Shown here piece after piece: positions 36,367 to 46,332 of a DNA stretch of 64,000 nt. The stretch spans positions 320,001-384,000 of the forward strand of contig JBFLYH010000001.1 of the NCBI GenBank assembly GCA_040756875.1, in the 5' to 3' direction. The notes beneath the pieces were generated by a model. The model saw only the letters and a program-made list of their open reading frames with translations, did no database searches and was not told where the DNA came from. Numbering within the stretch: position 1 is the stretch's first letter; every line of letters begins with the position of its first letter. A program made the position numbers and the translations under genes. Origin of the DNA: a candidate division FCPU426 bacterium. Its GTDB lineage: Bacteria; Oederibacteriota; JAAXVQ01; JAUVAV01.

Positions 36367-38208
36367 TTGGAAATCGGGCCCTGTTTTTCTAACGACGGAC
36401 AGTGCATGTTCACAGTCTGGGCTCCCCGCGCCCAGCAGGTGGATTTGCTCTTGTTCGGCCCCCCGGACCAGATCCTCCCCATGCAGCCTTTGCGGCAGGG
36501 ATACTGGCGCAAAACCGTCCCAACTGCCGCGGATGGCCAAAAATACGCGTTTCGCTTGAACGGCCGCGTGCAACGCGCGGACCCCGTTTCGCACGCCCAG
36601 CCCGAGGGCGTTCACGGCCCTTCCCAAATCATCGATCACCGGCAATTTTCCTGGCAAGACCAGGCTTGGCGCGGCCTGCCGCCGGAGGCTTACGTTATTT
36701 ATGAACTCCACGTGGGCACTTTTTCCAATGGTGGGCGTTTTAGGGACATTATTGGGCGCCTCGACGACTTGGTCGAACTGGGCGTGACAGCGCTGGAAAT
36801 CATGCCCGTGGCGGCTTTCCCGGGCGCGAGAAACTGGGGATATGACGGTGTTTTTCCGTTCGCGGTTCAACAAACTTACGGCGGCCCGAACGGGTTCAAG
36901 GCGCTGGTGGATGCCTGCCACCGTCGCGGATTGGCGGTTGTGCTGGACGTGGTTTACAACCACCTGGGGCCGGAAGGGAACTCTCTGGCGGAATTCGGGC
37001 CGTATTTTTCGGGCCGCTACCAGACGCCGTGGGGCGAGGCCGTCAATTTCGACGGCCCGGACAGCGACGACGTGCGGAATTATTTCATCGCCAACGCTTT
37101 GCATTGGTTCGACTGCTATCATGTGGACGCCCTGCGTTTGGACGCCATCCAGACGATATACGACCGCAGCGCCTCGCCGTTTCTGGCTGAACTCTCCGAA
37201 GCGACCGAGGAATATTCCCGCCGCGACGGCCGCCGCCGTTATCTGATCGCCGAGAGCGATTTAAACGACGAGCGTGTCGTTCAAACCCGTTCGGCCCGCG
37301 GCCTGGGATTGGACGCCAATTGGTGCGATGATTTGCATCATGCTGTCCACGCCTTTTTAACCGGCGAACGACAAGGGTATTACCAGGATTACGGGGACTG
37401 GGCGCAGGTGGTCAAAGCCCTGCGGGACGGGTTCGTGTACGGCGGCGAATTCTCACGCTATCGGGGCCGTCGGTATGGCAATTTCACCCCCCAGATACCG
37501 CCCCGGCGCCTGGTAGTCTCCACCCAAAACCACGATTTGGCGGGCAACCGCCTGCTGGGGGAAAGAACTTCCCGCCTGTTGCCGTTCGGCGCCTTGAAGT
37601 TATTCGCCGCCACGGTCATACTTTCCCCGTATTTGCCGTTGCTATTCATGGGCGAGGAATACGGCGAGACCGCGCCTTTCCTGTACTTCACCGATCACGG
37701 AGACCCGGATCTGTCCGAAGCCGTCCGCCGCGGCCGCCAGGATGAATTCGAGCGTTTTGCCTGGCAGGGCCAACCGCCTGATCCGGGAGCGTTGGAGACT
37801 TTCGAACGCTCCCGCCTGCGTTGGGACCAAAGAAAACAGGGGCAGCACGCGCAGCTGCTGGTGTTTTACCGGCAATTGCTGTCGCTGCGCAGGAATGTGC
37901 CGGCCTTATGCCTGCCCGGCAAAACCGGCTACCAGGTGAAGGACTGGGAATCCGAACGCGTCATTACCTGGCAGCGGCAGTTGGGCGAATCCGGCGTTTG
38001 GGCCTGCCTGGGATTCAACGCCGAGCCGGTCTCGTGGATGCCGGAATGGCCGGAAGGCGCCTGGCGAAAAATCCTGGATGCCGATGATCAGGCTTTCGGG
38101 GGGAATGGATCGCATTTTCCGGAACTGCTGCCGCTGCGCCGGGAGGCGCGTGACAAACTCAGGTTGCTGCCGTATACTGTGGCGGTATATCTCAAGGAGC
38201 CGGGTTGA
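36367..38208 (+). CDS. treZ: Malto-oligosyltrehalose trehalohydrolase (GH13)
   Basis: FTVWAP, QPEGVHGPS, YELHVGTF, RNWGYDGV, DVVYNHLGPEGN, LRLDAI, IAESDLND, QNHD, LFMGEEY. Confidence 0.93.
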   Translation: MEIGPCFSNDGQCMFTVWAPRAQQVDLLLFGPPDQILPMQPLRQGYWRKTVPTAADGQKYAFRLNGRVQRADPVSHAQPEGVHGPSQIIDHRQFSWQDQAWRGLPPEAYVIYELHVGTFSNGGRFRDIIGRLDDLVELGVTALEIMPVAAFPGARNWGYDGVFPFAVQQTYGGPNGFKALVDACHRRGLAVVLDVVYNHLGPEGNSLAEFGPYFSGRYQTPWGEAVNFDGPDSDDVRNYFIANALHWFDCYHVDALRLDAIQTIYDRSASPFLAELSEATEEYSRRDGRRRYLIAESDLNDERVVQTRSARGLGLDANWCDDLHHAVHAFLTGERQGYYQDYGDWAQVVKALRDGFVYGGEFSRYRGRRYGNFTPQIPPRRLVVSTQNHDLAGNRLLGERTSRLLPFGALKLFAATVILSPYLPLLFMGEEYGETAPFLYFTDHGDPDLSEAVRRGRQDEFERFAWQGQPPDPGALETFERSRLRWDQRKQGQHAQLLVFYRQLLSLRRNVPALCLPGKTGYQVKDWESERVITWQRQLGESGVWACLGFNAEPVSWMPEWPEGAWRKILDADDQAFGGNGSHFPELLPLRREARDKLRLLPYTVAVYLKEPG

Positions 38209-38209
38209 T

Positions 38210-40657
38210 ATGGAAAGATTCATTTGCCTGCACGGACATTTCTACCAGCCACCCCGGGAAAATCCCTGGCTGGAAGAGATCGAAATGCAGGACACCGCCT
38301 ATCCCTACCATGATTGGAACGAGCGCATCAGCGCCGAATGTTATGCTCCCAACGCGGCGGCGCGCATTTTGGGGCCCAAGGACCGGATCGCGGAGATCGT
38401 CAACAATTATTCCCGCATCAGCTTCAATTTCGGCCCCACCCTGCTGTCCTGGATGGAAAAAAAGCAACCGGAAGTCTATCAATCCATCCTGAAAGCGGAC
38501 CGTCTCAGCCAGGAGCAGTTTTCCGGCCACGGGTCAGCACTGGCGCAGGTGTACAACCATCTGATCATGCCCCTCGCCACACGGCAGGACAAAGAGACCC
38601 AGGTCATTTGGGGATTGAAGGACTTCCAGGCCCGTTTTGGCCGGCCGGCGGAAGGGATGTGGCTTTCGGAAACGGCCGTGGATCTGGAGACCCTGGAGAT
38701 TCTGGCCGCCCATCAGGTCCGTTTCACGATTCTGGCCGCCCATCAGGCCAAGCAGGTGCGGAAAATCGGCGAGAAAAAGTGGAAGGATGTCAGCCATTCC
38801 AAAATCGATCCCCGCATGCCGTATTGGTGCAACCTGCCTTCCGGCCAGCGGATTGCGCTGTTTTTTTACGATGGACCGGTGGCGAACGACGTGGCGTTCG
38901 GCCCGTTGCTGAAGAACGGGGAACAGTTCGCCCAGCGCCTCATGGGCCTGTTCAGCGACAGCGGCGGTCCGGACGCCCAACTGGTGAATGTCGCGACCGA
39001 TGGCGAGACCTACGGGCACCATCACCGCTACGGCGACATGGCGCTGGCCTATTGCCTGCATTACATCGAGTCGAGGAATCTGGCCCGCATCACGATTTAC
39101 GGTGAACATCTGGAGAAACATCCGCCCACCTACGAAGTGGAGGTGTTCGAGAAGACATCCTGGAGTTGTTTTCACGGCGTCGAGCGCTGGCGCAACGATT
39201 GCGGATGCAACTCCGGCCTGAACCCGGGGTTCCAGCAAAAGTGGCGCGAGCCGCTTCGTACGGCCTTGGACGAACTTCGCGACGACCTGGCCTATATCTA
39301 CGAACGCACGCTGGCGCCGCTCCTGCCCGAACCCTGGCAGGCCCGCAACGATTACATCGACATCATTCTGGACCGCCGCGAGGAGCGCATCGATCGTTTT
39401 CTGGCCGAACACGCCACCCGCCCGCTGGAATACGGAGAAAAAGTCCTGGCGCTGAAGCTGCTGGAAATGGAACGCCACAGCTTGCTGATGTACACTAGCT
39501 GCGGCTGGTTTTTCGACGAGATTTCAGGCATCGAAACCCTGCAGGTGCTGCAGTATGCCGCGCGGGCCATGCAACTGGCGAAGGAAGTGGCCGGCGTGGA
39601 CCTGGAAACGGCGTTTCTCGAGCATCTCCGCCGGGCGCCCAGCAATATCGCCAAGTTACAGGACGGAGTCGGTGTCTGGAAAAAATACATCGAGCCGGCG
39701 GTGACGGACCTGTACAAAGTCAGCGCCCATTACGCCGTAGCCTTGTTGTTTGAAAACCATCACCGCACGGCCGCGGAGATTTACTGCTACACGGCCGGCT
39801 GGGAGATCTACGACCGCGTGGCCCAAGGAGAGCAAAAACTCCTGACCGGCAGGCTGCAGGTCCGCTCGAATATCACCTGGGAATCCAAAGCAGTGGTCTT
39901 CGCCCTGTTGCACATCGGCGACCACAATTTGGTGGTCGGCTTGGGGGAGGACCGCGACAATAAGTCTTTTCATGAGGTCTGTCAGGCGTTGCTGGAGCCT
40001 TTCGGCCGCGACGATATTCCCGAGGTGATCCGGCTTTTCGACCATCTGTTCGACGGGCGCAATTACTCGCTGCGGCATCTGTTCAAGGACGAGCAGCGCA
40101 AGATCCTGAACCTGATCATGCGTACGGCCTTGGGCGAGGCGGAAACCTATTACCGCGCGATCTACCAGCATCACTACGCCATCATCCAGCTGCTGGATAA
40201 AATGAACCTGCCTTTGCCCAAGATATTGTCCACCACTATCGAGTTCATCCTGAATACCGACATCACCCGCCTGTTGGAAGAGGAGACGGTGGATATCGGG
40301 CAGCTTCGCCCGCTGGTGGAAGAAATGAAAAGATGGAATTTCAAGCGCGACCAGAAGACCCTGGGATACGTGGCCTCCCAGGCCGTGACCCGCCTGCTGG
40401 CGCGCTTGGCCCAGCAACCCATGGACATCTCGCTGTTGGAGGAAGCCCAGGAAATCCTGGGGATCCTGCGTTCACTGGAATTGGAATTGAATCTGTGGCA
40501 AGCCCAGAACCTTTACCACAGCATCCACAGGGATAAGCATGCCGCCTTTGAGCAGCGCGCCCGCGGCGGCGATGAACAGGCCAAGCAGTGGTTGGATTTA
40601 TTCCGTAACCTGGGAACGGTGTTGCGCCTGGAGAGCGGCGAGGAGTCCGGCAACTGA
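38210..40657 (+). CDS. DUF3536-containing GH57-family protein
   Basis: CLHGHFYQPPRENPW, HDWNERI, SFNFGPTL, EGMWLSETAVD, ATDGETYGHH, SWSCFHGVERW, MYTSCGWFFD. ATG at 38210. Confidence 0.9.
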   Translation: MERFICLHGHFYQPPRENPWLEEIEMQDTAYPYHDWNERISAECYAPNAAARILGPKDRIAEIVNNYSRISFNFGPTLLSWMEKKQPEVYQSILKADRLSQEQFSGHGSALAQVYNHLIMPLATRQDKETQVIWGLKDFQARFGRPAEGMWLSETAVDLETLEILAAHQVRFTILAAHQAKQVRKIGEKKWKDVSHSKIDPRMPYWCNLPSGQRIALFFYDGPVANDVAFGPLLKNGEQFAQRLMGLFSDSGGPDAQLVNVATDGETYGHHHRYGDMALAYCLHYIESRNLARITIYGEHLEKHPPTYEVEVFEKTSWSCFHGVERWRNDCGCNSGLNPGFQQKWREPLRTALDELRDDLAYIYERTLAPLLPEPWQARNDYIDIILDRREERIDRFLAEHATRPLEYGEKVLALKLLEMERHSLLMYTSCGWFFDEISGIETLQVLQYAARAMQLAKEVAGVDLETAFLEHLRRAPSNIAKLQDGVGVWKKYIEPAVTDLYKVSAHYAVALLFENHHRTAAEIYCYTAGWEIYDRVAQGEQKLLTGRLQVRSNITWESKAVVFALLHIGDHNLVVGLGEDRDNKSFHEVCQALLEPFGRDDIPEVIRLFDHLFDGRNYSLRHLFKDEQRKILNLIMRTALGEAETYYRAIYQHHYAIIQLLDKMNLPLPKILSTTIEFILNTDITRLLEEETVDIGQLRPLVEEMKRWNFKRDQKTLGYVASQAVTRLLARLAQQPMDISLLEEAQEILGILRSLELELNLWQAQNLYHSIHRDKHAAFEQRARGGDEQAKQWLDLFRNLGTVLRLESGEESGN

Positions 40658-40659
40658 CA

Positions 40660-41937
40660 ATGACCGGGCTGGCGTGGGGAATCCTGGCGGCTTATCTGGC
40701 CTCGGCGCTGACGGGGCACGGCTTGGATTTTCTCAACCGACGGCACGTGCTTCGAACCGCTGGTGATGCGCCGGCCTTGCCGTTCGGGTTGAAAGAACCC
40801 GGACTCTTGCGTAAGACCCAGGCGTATACGGTTGCGAAACAGCGCCTGGCCGGCTTCGGGGCCCTGGCCGAGCAGGCGGCTGTGCTGCTGTTTTTCTACG
40901 GCGGCCTGCTGGGATGGATGGACGGCTGGATCCACTCCTGGCGCCTGCCGTTCATTCCCTCCATGCTGCTGTTTTTTCTGCTGCTGTTCCTCGCGCAAAC
41001 CCTGCTGCAACTGCCCTTGGCTTGGTACCGCCAATTCCGGCTCGAAGCGCGATTCGGATTCAACACCATGTCGACAGGCTTATGGCTGGCCGATGAAGCC
41101 AAGGGGTTGCTTCTGGGCTTCCTGCTATTGTCCGCGATCGTGTGCGCGGGTTCCTGGCTGACGGTCCTTTTTCCGACCATCTGGTGGCTTTGGATCTGGG
41201 GGTTGGGAGTGCTGCTAAGCTGGGTACTGATGATCGCCGGACCGCTCTGGATCGCGCCTTGGTTCAACCGCTTTACGCCGCTTCCGGAAAGCCGTCTGAC
41301 CGACCGCATCAAAACCCTGCTTCTGCAGGCAGGCATTCGCACGGACCGGGTTTTCAGCGTGGACGCTTCGCGCCGCAGCCGTCACACCAACGCCTATTTC
41401 ACGGGCATCGGCAGGGTCAAGCGCATTGTATTGTATGACACCCTGCTTGAAAGCCTCGAGGAACCCGAGGTTCTGGCCGTGCTCGCGCATGAAGCCGGCC
41501 ATTGGAAGCGGCGGCACGCGCTGCAGAGGCTGGGAAGCACCGCCGCGGTGGGACTGGTGGCCGCCTATGCGGCCTATCATGTGACGAGCGGCAACGGCCT
41601 GGCTTTGGCGTTCGGATTGGAAACCGCTTCTTTTGCGGCCCGGCTCGCGCTTGCTGGACTGTTGTTTCAAGTGGCGTTTTTTCCGCTGGAACCCCTGTTC
41701 AACGCCTGGTCTCGCAGGCAGGAACTGGCTGCCGACCGCTTTTCCGCGGCCTTGACCGGAAGCCCGGACAGCCTGGGAAGCGCCCTGGTGAAGCTGCTCA
41801 GGGACAATTTGGCCAACTGGGCGCCGCACCCCTGGTATGCGGCGTTTCATTACTCCCATCCTCCCTTGTTGCAGCGTCTGGCAAAACTTGCGGAAATTAA
41901 AGAAGGGAATGTGCGTCAGGCGGAAAAAAGTGTATAA
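40660..41937 (+). CDS. M48 (Ste24-like) membrane metallopeptidase
   Basis: RFGFN, DASRRSRHTNAYFTG, AVLAHEAGH (HExxH), ELAADRF, HYSHPPL. Confidence 0.92.
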   Translation: MTGLAWGILAAYLASALTGHGLDFLNRRHVLRTAGDAPALPFGLKEPGLLRKTQAYTVAKQRLAGFGALAEQAAVLLFFYGGLLGWMDGWIHSWRLPFIPSMLLFFLLLFLAQTLLQLPLAWYRQFRLEARFGFNTMSTGLWLADEAKGLLLGFLLLSAIVCAGSWLTVLFPTIWWLWIWGLGVLLSWVLMIAGPLWIAPWFNRFTPLPESRLTDRIKTLLLQAGIRTDRVFSVDASRRSRHTNAYFTGIGRVKRIVLYDTLLESLEEPEVLAVLAHEAGHWKRRHALQRLGSTAAVGLVAAYAAYHVTSGNGLALAFGLETASFAARLALAGLLFQVAFFPLEPLFNAWSRRQELAADRFSAALTGSPDSLGSALVKLLRDNLANWAPHPWYAAFHYSHPPLLQRLAKLAEIKEGNVRQAEKSV

Positions 41938-41964
41938 TACGCCGCAATCAACGGAGGAATCAGA

Positions 41965-42459
41965 GTGCCGGAAAACGACCCCATCGTGATCGAACCGCTG
42001 CAGACCGCTTCCCTCGGTGAATTCGCCCGCCTGATCCGGCTGTTTTTCGAAGAAACCAAGCTGGAACCCGAGTTTCACCGCTATGACCAGGATGTCACGG
42101 CACCCCTGACGTACTATGTCCCGCCGCGAAACGGCGCCTGGTTCCTGCGGCCAAAGACCGGGCTTCCGGCTGCCGGACTGGTGGCCTTGCGCAGCCTGGC
42201 CAACCGCACCTGCGAAATCAAGCGTTTGTACGTGTTGCAGGAGGAGCGAGGAAAGGGATACGGCCAGCGGCTGCTTTCCCAAGCGATGAATTTCGCCCGC
42301 CTGGCCGACTACTTTGAAATCCTGCTGTCCGTCCGGCCGGAGCAGAAGATCGCGTTGAAACTTTACGAACAGAACGGGTTCCATCCCTGCGCCCGCTACC
42401 ATCCGGACCGGCGGGCAGGCATTTTTTACTCCTACAAATTTACCGAGGAAGGTCAGTGA
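41965..42459 (+). CDS. GNAT N-acetyltransferase
   Basis: CEIKRLYV...RGKGYGQRLL, ALKLYEQNGF; GTG start after ggagga. Confidence 0.85.
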   Translation: MPENDPIVIEPLQTASLGEFARLIRLFFEETKLEPEFHRYDQDVTAPLTYYVPPRNGAWFLRPKTGLPAAGLVALRSLANRTCEIKRLYVLQEERGKGYGQRLLSQAMNFARLADYFEILLSVRPEQKIALKLYEQNGFHPCARYHPDRRAGIFYSYKFTEEGQ

Positions 42460-42570
42460 AGCGCCCCGCGCCGAGGCGCGGGACCTCCGAATGCCACTCG
42501 CGCCCTGAGCATTGATTCCCGCTTCATCTTCGCCCCCGGGGGCGGGACGGTCATCAAGGGGGGCAGGGCC

Positions 42571-43890
42571 CTACCGGAAGAACAGCAAGGTTTGCAGAAT
42601 GAAGATGGGCAGCAAGATGCCGAAGGACCAGAGCATATAGCCGCCGAAGGATGGCATCTTGATATGGGCGTGCTCAGCCATGCTTTTGACCATGAAATTA
42701 GGGCCGTTGCCGATGTACGTCAAAGCACCCATGAACACCGCCCCGCAGGAAATAGCCTCCAGCAAACGAGGAAACTGAAGAGCCAAGGCGCGGAAAGAAT
42801 CCGCCGAAATTCCGGAACTGCTGCAAGCCAGGGTGCTGAAGGTCAAATAAGTGGGGGCGTTGTCCAGGAAAGAACTCAATAAACCACTGGACCAGAAATA
42901 CTGCCAGGGTTGGGTGAGATGGAACTCCGGCGCTTTGGCGGCCAGTACGGCCAAAGCCGGCAACATGGCGCCGAAGATGCCGAAAAAGAGCGCGGCCACT
43001 TCCTGGATGGGATGGAAGTTGAAGTGGTTGCGTTCGTGCAAATGGGCCGGTGTCAGGCGGAAGGAAAACCAGGCGATTCCAGCCAGCATCGCGGCTTGAA
43101 AGATTTTCGTCCAGGCCTCGGCTTGCACCAGCGGCAGCCTGTTTTCGAGCCGGGGTTGCAGGAAATAGCCCGCGAATAAAACCGTCGCCATGATCAATAG
43201 CAGAAACCACAGGTTGCGCTGCCCTTGAATGTGCAGTTTTTTTTCCGCGGCGGCAATCTCGGCCTCCAAATCGCGCTTCATGAATTCATCCTCGCGCCTG
43301 AAGATAATATGATCCATGAAAAAGAAAAGTGACAGCAGGATGATTTGAATGAACAGCCACTCTGGAAACAGGCGCAGGGTCCAGGCGAAGGGCATGCCGC
43401 GGAGGAATCCCAGGTAAAGCGGCGGATCGCCCAGGGGCGTGAGCAAACCCCCGCAATTGCTGACGATGAAGATGAAGAAAATGATCAGATGGACCTTGTG
43501 TTTGCGCAACCGGTTGGCGCGGATCAAAGGGCGGAGCAGCAGCATGCTGGCGCCGGTCGTTCCTAAAAAATTGGCCAGCACGGCGCCTATGGCCAAAAAC
43601 GCAGTATTGATGCGCGGCAAGCCGGCAAAAGCACCGGAAATATAAATGCCGCCGCTGGTCACGTACAAAGCCGCCAACAGGAGGATGAAATCCAGATATT
43701 CCAGATAGTTGATCAGTATGTGGTTCAGGTCCCGGGTAGGAAGATAAAAAAGCAAAACGCCGGCGACTCCGCAGAGGGCGGACACGAGAAGTTTATTGCG
43801 GTTGTTTTCCCACCATTTAGCCACGCCAGGGAAGAGCGGAAAAACCGCGATCATCATCAGCAGCGATGTGAACGGCAAAATGAAAAGCAT
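42571..43890 (-). CDS. Putative Na+/H+ antiporter / citrate-transporter-like membrane protein
   Basis: GTTGASMLL.RPL, VSNCGGLLTPLGDPPLYLGF, SSFLDNAPTYL, GAVFMGALTYIGNGPNFMVK. Start uncertain (43890-43947). Confidence 0.8.
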   Translation of the reverse strand: MLFILPFTSLLMMIAVFPLFPGVAKWWENNRNKLLVSALCGVAGVLLFYLPTRDLNHILINYLEYLDFILLLAALYVTSGGIYISGAFAGLPRINTAFLAIGAVLANFLGTTGASMLLLRPLIRANRLRKHKVHLIIFFIFIVSNCGGLLTPLGDPPLYLGFLRGMPFAWTLRLFPEWLFIQIILLSLFFFMDHIIFRREDEFMKRDLEAEIAAAEKKLHIQGQRNLWFLLLIMATVLFAGYFLQPRLENRLPLVQAEAWTKIFQAAMLAGIAWFSFRLTPAHLHERNHFNFHPIQEVAALFFGIFGAMLPALAVLAAKAPEFHLTQPWQYFWSSGLLSSFLDNAPTYLTFSTLACSSSGISADSFRALALQFPRLLEAISCGAVFMGALTYIGNGPNFMVKSMAEHAHIKMPSFGGYMLWSFGILLPIFILQTLLFFR

Positions 43891-44165
43891 CACTTCGCCG
43901 AAGGATAACTCAGCCCAAAACGAAGGCGCGCCTGCAACCATCCGCAAACCTGCTTTCCGCGAATCCGGGAAGGTGGAAGTGAGGATCCCGCGTGTGGCAT
44001 TCTAATATATTGAGCGGCGCTCGGCAATGAGAACCGGCGGGGCGGGAAATAACGTGAAGAAGCATATAAAGTGAACCAGGCGCTCCGGGGGAGCGCCTGG
44101 TTCCGGGCATGCTGCATGGGGGTCCAAGCACGCCCGCTTTTCCCGCTAAGGAAAAGACGAGAGGT

Positions 44166-44507
44166 TCAGCCGATGGCCAGGTTGCCGGTTTCGCCCGTGC
44201 GCACGCGGATGCATTGCAAGAGGTCGAGGACAAAAATCTTGCCGTCGCCGATATTGCCGGTGCGCGCGCCCCGGATGATGGCGTCGATCGTCGGCTGCAC
44301 GAAATTCTCATTGACCGCAATTTCAATCTTGGTTTTGGGTAAAAGGTTGATATCCACGATCTGACCCCGGAAGCTCTCGGTGTAGCCTCGCTGTTGTCCG
44401 CACCCTCTGACCTGGGACACGCTCATTTTATGGACTTCCGCGGCGAAAAGTTCCTTTTTAACGGCTTCGAACTGCTCGGGCTGAATGAAGGCCTCGATTT
44501 TTTTCAT
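44166..44507 (-). CDS. glnK: PII nitrogen regulator, copy 2
   Basis: GCGQQRG...FRG...[29 protein letters not shown]; directly downstream of amtB. Confidence 0.92.
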   Translation of the reverse strand: MKKIEAFIQPEQFEAVKKELFAAEVHKMSVSQVRGCGQQRGYTESFRGQIVDINLLPKTKIEIAVNENFVQPTIDAIIRGARTGNIGDGKIFVLDLLQCIRVRTGETGNLAIG

Positions 44508-44553
44508 GTGTGTTTCCTTTCTGTTTTCGACCGGTCCGACTGGTCTGGCTGAG

Positions 44554-45867
44554 CTACATGTGGTAGCCGGCTTCTCCATGCTGCGTAAGATCCAGGCCCA
44601 CGACTTCCTCATGGTCCGGAACGCGAATGCCCACCAGGGCGTTGACCAACTTGATGATCACGAACGTGCCGACCAGGGACAGCGCCACGGTCACCACGGC
44701 ACCTAAGGCCTGGATGGCCAGCAGGCCGGGGTTGCCGAAAAACAACCCATTGGCGCCGGAGGGATTCACCGCCGTGCTGGCGAAAAGCCCCGTGGCCAGC
44801 ACGCCCCAGACCCCGGCAACGCCATGCACGCCAAAGGCATCCAGCGTGTCGTCATATCCCAGTTTGTTTTTCAGCTGGATGGCCCAGAAGCACAACGGGG
44901 AGGCCAAGGCGCCGATAAGAATGGCGAAAAGGGGCGAGATGAAGCCCGAAGCCGGCGTGACCGCCGCCAATCCGGCCACGGCACCGGACGCCGCGCCCAA
45001 GGCCGTCGGTTTCCCGCGCAGGTTCCATTCCAACATCAGCCAGACCAGCATGGCCGTTGCGCCCGCGAAGTTGGTGTTCACGAAGGCGGTGATGGCCAGC
45101 CCGTTCGCCGCCAGGGCCGAACCGGCGTTGAACCCGAACCATCCGAACCACAGCAGGGCCGTGCCCAGGAGCACCATGGTCATGTTGTGGGGGAGAATCG
45201 TGCTGCGCGGACCGGTGCGGCGCTTGCCGACGGCCAGGGCCACGACCAGAGCCGAGATGCCGGCTGAAATATGCACCACCGTGCCCCCGGCGAAATCCAG
45301 TACGCCGAGGTTGCGCAGCCAGCCGCCGGTCCCCCAGACCCAATGCGCCAGGGGATCGTAAACCAGGGTGGCCCATAACACGGTAAAGAGCAGGAAGGCG
45401 GAAAATTTGAAGCGCTCGGCGAACGCGCCCGAGATCAGCGCCGGGGTGATGATCGCGAACATCGCCTGAAAAATCATAAAAGCCTGATGCGGGATGGTGG
45501 CGGAATAGGCCGGATCCGGCGTTTGCCCCACGCCTGCCAAACCCAGGAAATTCAGCCCGCCGATCAATCCGTGGTGGTCCGTGCCAAACGCCAGCGAATA
45601 GCCGAACAGGGCCCATTGCACGCTGATCAATCCGATGGCCACGAAGCTCTGCATAATGGTGCCCAGAACGTTTTTCTGGCGCACCATGCCGCCGTAGAAC
45701 AAACCCAAACCCGGCGTCATGAGAAGCACCAGGGCTGCGGACATCATGACGAACGCGGTGTCGCCGGCGGAAAGCGGATTACCTTCCGCCGCGGCGGCCA
45801 GGGATGGCAGCCCCAGGAACAATAAAGCCAAACATGCAAAACCCCACTTCTTGAACCAAACGCGCAT
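44554..45867 (-). CDS. amtB: Ammonium transporter, copy 2
   Basis: MTPGLGLFYGG, FQAMFAIIT, DFAGGTVVH, LLWFGWFGFNAGS, DDTLDAFGVHG (both pore His present). Confidence 0.95.
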   Translation of the reverse strand: MRVWFKKWGFACLALLFLGLPSLAAAAEGNPLSAGDTAFVMMSAALVLLMTPGLGLFYGGMVRQKNVLGTIMQSFVAIGLISVQWALFGYSLAFGTDHHGLIGGLNFLGLAGVGQTPDPAYSATIPHQAFMIFQAMFAIITPALISGAFAERFKFSAFLLFTVLWATLVYDPLAHWVWGTGGWLRNLGVLDFAGGTVVHISAGISALVVALAVGKRRTGPRSTILPHNMTMVLLGTALLWFGWFGFNAGSALAANGLAITAFVNTNFAGATAMLVWLMLEWNLRGKPTALGAASGAVAGLAAVTPASGFISPLFAILIGALASPLCFWAIQLKNKLGYDDTLDAFGVHGVAGVWGVLATGLFASTAVNPSGANGLFFGNPGLLAIQALGAVVTVALSLVGTFVIIKLVNALVGIRVPDHEEVVGLDLTQHGEAGYHM

Positions 45868-45933
45868 TTTTCACCCCCATGCTTGTGATGATGTTTCCAA
45901 CCTGTCCGCGGCCGCGGATGGTATGGAAACGTG

Positions 45934-46275
45934 TTACCCGATGGCTGCACCTCCGGTTTCACCCGTGCGCACCCGGATGCATTGCGGCAGGTCCAGGACG
46001 AAGATCTTGCCGTCGCCGATGTTGCCGGTGCGCGCGCCCCGGATGATGGCGTCGATCGTCGGCTGGACGAAATTTTCGTTCACTCCGATTTCGATTTTGG
46101 TCTTGGGCAAAAGGTTGATATCCACGATCTGGCCCCGAAAGCTCTCGGTGTAGCCCTTTTGCTGGCCGCATCCCTTGACCTGGGACACGCTCATTTTGTA
46201 GACTTCAGCGGCAAAGAGTTCCTTCTTAACGGCCTCGAACTGCTCGGGCTGAATGAAGGCCTCGATTTTTTTCAT
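45934..46275 (-). CDS. glnK: PII nitrogen regulator, copy 1
   Basis: Near-identical to 44166-44507. Confidence 0.92.
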   Translation of the reverse strand: MKKIEAFIQPEQFEAVKKELFAAEVYKMSVSQVKGCGQQKGYTESFRGQIVDINLLPKTKIEIGVNENFVQPTIDAIIRGARTGNIGDGKIFVLDLPQCIRVRTGETGGAAIG

Positions 46276-46332
46276 GTTTGTTTCCTTTCGGTTTTCCACC
46301 GGTCTCCGACTCGTCAGACTGGTCTGACTGAG

